From contig CAVTBU010000005.1 in NCBI GenBank assembly GCA_963733035.1, positions 258,483-322,482 on the forward strand: DNA of 64,000 bases, read 5' to 3'. Of this stretch, positions 60,485-64,000 are shown piece by piece. This DNA comes from Pirellulales bacterium. Lineage in GTDB: Bacteria; Planctomycetota; Planctomycetia; Pirellulales; PALSA-1355. A program made the translations under genes and the position numbers. Each line of letters begins with the position of its first letter. Position 1 is the stretch's first letter. The notes beneath the pieces were generated by a model. The model was not told the DNA's origin. It worked only from the letters and a program-made list of their open reading frames with translations, and did no database searches.

Positions 60485-60517
60485 AAAAAACCCCCGGCGT
60501 GCAACGGGGAGCACGCC
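60485..60517 (-). terminator. Rho-independent terminator after flp
   Basis: Minus strand reads GGCGTGC-(8 nt)-GCACGCC followed by GGGGGTTTTTTCG. The stems are 60511-60517 and 60496-60502, and the T-run is 60485-60490. It lies 57 nt downstream of the flp stop. Confidence 0.7.
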
Positions 60518-60574
60518 GAGGGTTGCGAACAATCCTGCAATCCGTTCGGCCGAGTTGTATCGGCCCGCGAATTA

Positions 60575-60760
60575 CTAGCTGGCCGTGGTGCCCATCGAGC
60601 CGGCCACGTTGCTGAACGTGGTTTTGGCCTTCGAGCCCAACGAGGTAATTGCCGTCAAGCAGACGACGATGATCAATGCGAGCATCACCGCGTATTCGAC
60701 TGCTGTGGGACCATCTTCCGAAACGAGGAAACGTTGCATCTTCTTGGCAAGGCTCTTCAT
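60575..60760 (-). CDS. flp: Flp family type IVb pilin (locus copy)
   Basis: 'MKSLAKKMQRFLVSEDGPTAVEYAVMLALIIVVCLTAITSLG...'. A GGAGGA sits 6 nt upstream of ATG 60760. It is the first gene of the tad locus. Confidence 0.9.
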   Translation of the reverse strand: MKSLAKKMQRFLVSEDGPTAVEYAVMLALIIVVCLTAITSLGSKAKTTFSNVAGSMGTTAS

Positions 60761-61349
60761 GGAATCCTCCGCTGCGGCCACTCGCACCCCGCGGGGTAAA
60801 TATGCGAGCTATTGGCCGAAAATTGTCAGTGGGGCTGTTGCAACCGCGGTCCCGGCCTTGCGGCCGACACTCGCCTGCGTTGCGGTTACCCTGGCCCCAA
60901 ATTCGAAACGATCGCCTCCCCAGACGAGACTTTCATCCGGGTCCACCGCACGAGCGGCTTCACCGGGGTGATTGTTTTGTCACGCACGCCGCGTACAAAC
61001 GCGAGTGAACGCCACTCACATTGACTGACGCGCGCGACAGACAGTCATCCCTTCGGTAGCCAGGCTGCCACGCCGCTTAATGAGGCGGACGTGGTCCACG
61101 GCTTTGCGTCCCGGCCTCGCGACCGGTTTGCCCTTCTCGAGGATGAAGAGGCTGCAGGCCTCCCACGCAAGTGCCTTCGAAATGGCCCGATGTGACGGCG
61201 AAATTGGTTTGCCGGGAATCCGGCCGCTTCGAAAGGTGCTTACGCTTTTCGATGTCCACCAGGGACATCTCGACGGTCGATGCTTTCGTACCGCCCGTCT
61301 ACATTGAAAACTAGGTCGCATCCGCCGCTTGTCAAACTGCGAGTGAAAA

Positions 61350-62990
61350 CTATTCCGGGAATTTTTTTTGCCGCGTTTCAAAGACCGAAATCAGCGGTCG
61401 GCCAGCGTAGTCGAACAGCACTCGACGCTCCAACACCCCGTCGTGGCCATTCCGTCGTAGCTCGCGTTCAGTGGGGCTACCGACAAATTCCACGTACCAG
61501 GTGGTTCTAGAACGGCTAACCGGCTCGGGTGCCAGCGGATCGATGGCTGATGCTGGCTCCCGTACGTCGACACTATGCTCGCCTTGCGCCAAATAGGCGA
61601 GCGGCCAGTAGAGCCACCACTCACTGGCCACGATGCGGATCGCGTCCTCGGGTCCACGTTCGGCCAGGATTTTGCCTAAAGCAGCCAACTTCGGCTCGAC
61701 CTTGGCTGTCCGAAATGCGCGATGCGAGAGTCCCCCACTCCGCTCGATGAACTCGAAGTATCCAAGGTAAAACATGAGCGGGAACAGCCCTCCGACGAGC
61801 AACAATCCCCAGGCCGACGCTCGTGCCCAGGGCCGGGCAGGCTCGATCCACCACTCCAGTCCTCGCGAGAGAACGAGGGCCCCCGGCGCAACCAGGCAAA
61901 TGCCGTAACGTTCGAGGTGCGGAACGATCGCGCCTGGCCCGGCCACCAGCGCGAATCCCAACAGCATGATCGACCAACCTAGGAGCAAACTAACATCGAC
62001 AGCGTCTGCGCCGTGCAAGAGCCGTTGCACCAGTCCCCAGGCCCCAATCACCATGGCAAAGCCCAGAATCCAATTGCTCGCCAGCGGCAGCCAGACAAAC
62101 GGCGCGAGTGCCTCCTTAGCGACCTCCACGCCTGAAATATATTCGTATACCGTCGCACCGCTCAGCAAACGCAAATAGTTCTGGCAAAACTCGCCAAATT
62201 CGCTGGGGCCATGTAGTCGAGTCACCAGGGTGGCCAATAACACCCAGGCGATATATACGACAATCGCGCTAATCGTCACGAGCCCGGCCAACGATCCAGG
62301 ACGCGCGGGCAGGGCCGCTGTTCGCAGGCGCCAAATCAGTTGGTTCCGGCGGGCGTAAATAATCGGCACGACCAGCAGCGGTGTGGCAAAAATGTTCGTG
62401 GGGTGAACGATCAGTGCGGCCGCGAGTGCAACCATGGCCCCCAGCGGAAGCGGGCCGGCCGACGAGCGATGGCGCAGCCAGATGAGCGGCAGGTAGAGCA
62501 CCACCACCGTGGCCAACAGGCTTTGGCTCGCATCCCAGCCCAGCCGACTGTAGGCGATGTTGATGGGCAGCGCCGCCAACAGCACAGTCGAAACCAAGGC
62601 GGTCCGGCAATCGAACGCCCGCCAACAAAGCCAGTAATTAACGACGAGTGACAGGATGCCACTTACGACTGCAACCGAACGTAGTACGACGAAAGACGGA
62701 GAAAAAACCGTGTGCAGAGCCGCCAACGGCAACAGAAAGAATACATTCACCGGGTTGCCGGTTGGCGTTCTCCAGGCAATGGGTTGCCCGTGTAACAGCC
62801 GCATTGCCTGCACGCCGGACCAGGCTTCATCGCCGTTGATGCCCGGTAGATTGCCGAGTCTCCATATCCGTAGGAAACAGCACACCGTCAAAAGCAATAC
62901 CGTTGCCGTCGCCAGCCAGAGCGATCCGCTGCCGCGCAATGACGTGTCCGGATCAGCAATGGCTCGAGGCGCTTCGCTAGTAGACGGCAT
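61350..62990 (-). CDS. GT-C fold membrane glycosyltransferase (ArnT/PMT, GT39/GT83-like)
   Basis: 546 aa with more than 10 TM helices. The first periplasmic loop reads 'LPGINGDEAWSG' (DE motif typical of ArnT/PMT-type enzymes), and there is a soluble C-terminal domain. Confidence 0.7.
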   Translation of the reverse strand: MPSTSEAPRAIADPDTSLRGSGSLWLATATVLLLTVCCFLRIWRLGNLPGINGDEAWSGVQAMRLLHGQPIAWRTPTGNPVNVFFLLPLAALHTVFSPSFVVLRSVAVVSGILSLVVNYWLCWRAFDCRTALVSTVLLAALPINIAYSRLGWDASQSLLATVVVLYLPLIWLRHRSSAGPLPLGAMVALAAALIVHPTNIFATPLLVVPIIYARRNQLIWRLRTAALPARPGSLAGLVTISAIVVYIAWVLLATLVTRLHGPSEFGEFCQNYLRLLSGATVYEYISGVEVAKEALAPFVWLPLASNWILGFAMVIGAWGLVQRLLHGADAVDVSLLLGWSIMLLGFALVAGPGAIVPHLERYGICLVAPGALVLSRGLEWWIEPARPWARASAWGLLLVGGLFPLMFYLGYFEFIERSGGLSHRAFRTAKVEPKLAALGKILAERGPEDAIRIVASEWWLYWPLAYLAQGEHSVDVREPASAIDPLAPEPVSRSRTTWYVEFVGSPTERELRRNGHDGVLERRVLFDYAGRPLISVFETRQKKFPE

Positions 62991-63277
62991 GGAATACGGA
63001 AGGTCGTGTTCGTAGAGAAATCGGGGCCATCAAAGATAGCCTCGTCCTGCAATGTTCGCCGACGACGCCTTCCGTCGATCCCGGACCGCTGCGCCGCTAC
63101 ATTCGGTACAAGTTGCATGGACTAGGAATTTCCCGCGATGAATGCGTTTGGCGGGCCTGCCCAACGTGCAGCATCGAGCTAAGTTTTCTCTGACCGGCAC
63201 GACCGCTCGCTTTCAAAGTGCTCTGCCCACCGGCCGGCTTCCCCACCCGTAACAATTGCCACACCTGGAACGTTTGC

Positions 63278-64000
63278 ATGGATTTCCTTGCCACGATCCT
63301 CGAACGCCTGTCGGCCAGCGACCTGTGCGGCTATCAGCCCAAGGCCCCCGCAACGACCGAACCCACCGCGCTCGCCGCACTCGCCTTGTTCGCGCATGGT
63401 CGAGACCAAGCCGCCGAGCCTTTAGTGCAGCGTTTGCTCGAAATGCAGAACAATGACGGCAGCCTCGGAATTGATCGCCTTCAAGCGGAACCGGGCTGGC
63501 CCACCGGCTGGGCACTACTTGCCTGGCGTGCCGCACAAAAGAGTTCGATCTTTGTCCCCGACTACCTGCGCGCGATCTTGCGCGGCAGAAACTGGATTCT
63601 CAACAACGCGGGAGACGTCGCGGACCCGGCCGGCTGGGGCGGACACGACACGAGCATGCACGGTTGGGCGTGGGTCGTGGGCACGCATTCGTGGGTCGAG
63701 CCCACCGCGATCAACTTGCTGGCACTTAAGCATAACGGCCAAGCGCACCACCGACGCGCTCGGGAAGCCGTCGCGTTGCTTGTCGACCGCTTGCTGCCGG
63801 ATGGCGGCTGCAACTACGGCAACACGGTGGTCTTTGGCCAAACGCTCCGCCCCCATCTAGAACCGACAGGGATTGCCCTGCTGGCACTCCGGGAAGAGGA
63901 AGATCCCAGTGGCCGCCTCGACCGTTCCGTCAAATATTTGCAGCGCGAACTGAATGAACGCACCACAACCGCGTCGCTCTGCTACGGCCTGTTGGGCCTC
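63278..64000 (+). CDS. prenyltransferase/squalene-oxidase-repeat (terpene-cyclase-like alpha/alpha toroid) protein, 3' end outside window
   Basis: Absent from the ORF track because it has no stop. My own translation from ATG 63278 is open for all 241 codons: 'MDFLATILERL...LLEMQNNDGSLG...GWAWVVGTHSWVEPTAINLLAL...LLPDGGCNYGN...'. The repeated 'Q/L-x-x-DGS/G' motifs match the family. Confidence 0.6.
   Translation, partial: MDFLATILERLSASDLCGYQPKAPATTEPTALAALALFAHGRDQAAEPLVQRLLEMQNNDGSLGIDRLQAEPGWPTGWALLAWRAAQKSSIFVPDYLRAILRGRNWILNNAGDVADPAGWGGHDTSMHGWAWVVGTHSWVEPTAINLLALKHNGQAHHRRAREAVALLVDRLLPDGGCNYGNTVVFGQTLRPHLEPTGIALLALREEEDPSGRLDRSVKYLQRELNERTTTASLCYGLLGL

Noticed and set aside
60254-60532. 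92-aa ORF from the track between flp and tadV
   Set aside because: Its N-terminal two-thirds is an Arg-rich translation of the flp terminator region. Only the last 36 codons (from ATG 60364) look protein-like, and these are reported separately as a low-confidence observation.
61016-61381. Possible remnant of a Phd/YefM-type antitoxin ('MSLVDIEKRKHLSK' in one frame, 'SLFILEKGKPVARPG' in another) in the 560-nt region upstream of flp
   Set aside because: It needs a frameshift and has no start codon in the better frame. The spacing of the motifs does not fit the family, and no toxin ORF follows. The similarity is too short to support a call.
1-64000. Scan for tRNA T-loop motifs (GGTTCGAAT-like), rRNA, CRISPR repeat arrays, IS/transposase or integrase genes, and phage or defence-system hallmarks
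   Set aside because: All GGTTCGA-like hits fall inside well-supported CDSs. No periodic direct repeats were seen, and no ORF resembles a transposase, integrase, reverse transcriptase or known defence protein. An eye scan cannot exclude small ncRNAs.

Overview
GC-rich chromosomal segment with gene content typical of Planctomycetota (Pirellulales-like): PVC-type CxxCH heme-binding dehydrogenase proteins, PQQ-like beta-propellers, DUF1080, PEP-CTERM, a J-domain-like 'DPYxEWLGI' protein and methanopterin-type cofactor genes. I support about 50 protein genes. By eye I found no rRNA, tRNA, CRISPR array, transposase or integrase. Main blocks: (i) 132-2546, a two-gene trans-sulfuration (Cys/Met PLP enzyme) operon preceded by a leader with promoter-like hexamers and an orphan intrinsic terminator. 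(ii) 5.2-10.2 kb and 40.3-47.4 kb, two similar periplasmic redox neighbourhoods (PVC heme protein, PQQ-like propeller, SMP-30 lactonase). (iii) 11.6-18.4 kb, a translationally coupled pterin/pABA cluster (DHPS-like, pabB, pabA, DUF447, mptG, Nudix, MarR) consistent with tetrahydromethanopterin-type cofactor synthesis, flanked by an atypical SDR and an orphan FabD-like acyltransferase. (iv) 21.7-23.8 kb, ku followed by a BRCT-MerR-TPR gene, with no ligD in the window. (v) 32.6-38.3 kb, an imuA-imuB-dnaE2 cassette with a palindromic operator candidate. (vi) 49.5-60.8 kb, a complete tad/cpa Flp-pilus locus, plus a second orphan flp at 18.7 kb. Five genes (glycine-zipper lipoprotein, PVC heme protein, mptG, Gfo/Idh/MocA oxidoreductase, dnaE2), and probably a sixth (J-like protein), are split by single-nucleotide frame breaks in G/C-rich runs. 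These are either assembly indels or real pseudogenes. No entirely new system can be demonstrated from the sequence alone. The best leads are the ku/BRCT-MerR-TPR pair, the structured Met-operon leader, the Ser/Tyr-less SDR next to the pterin cluster, and the unassigned genes inside the tad locus.
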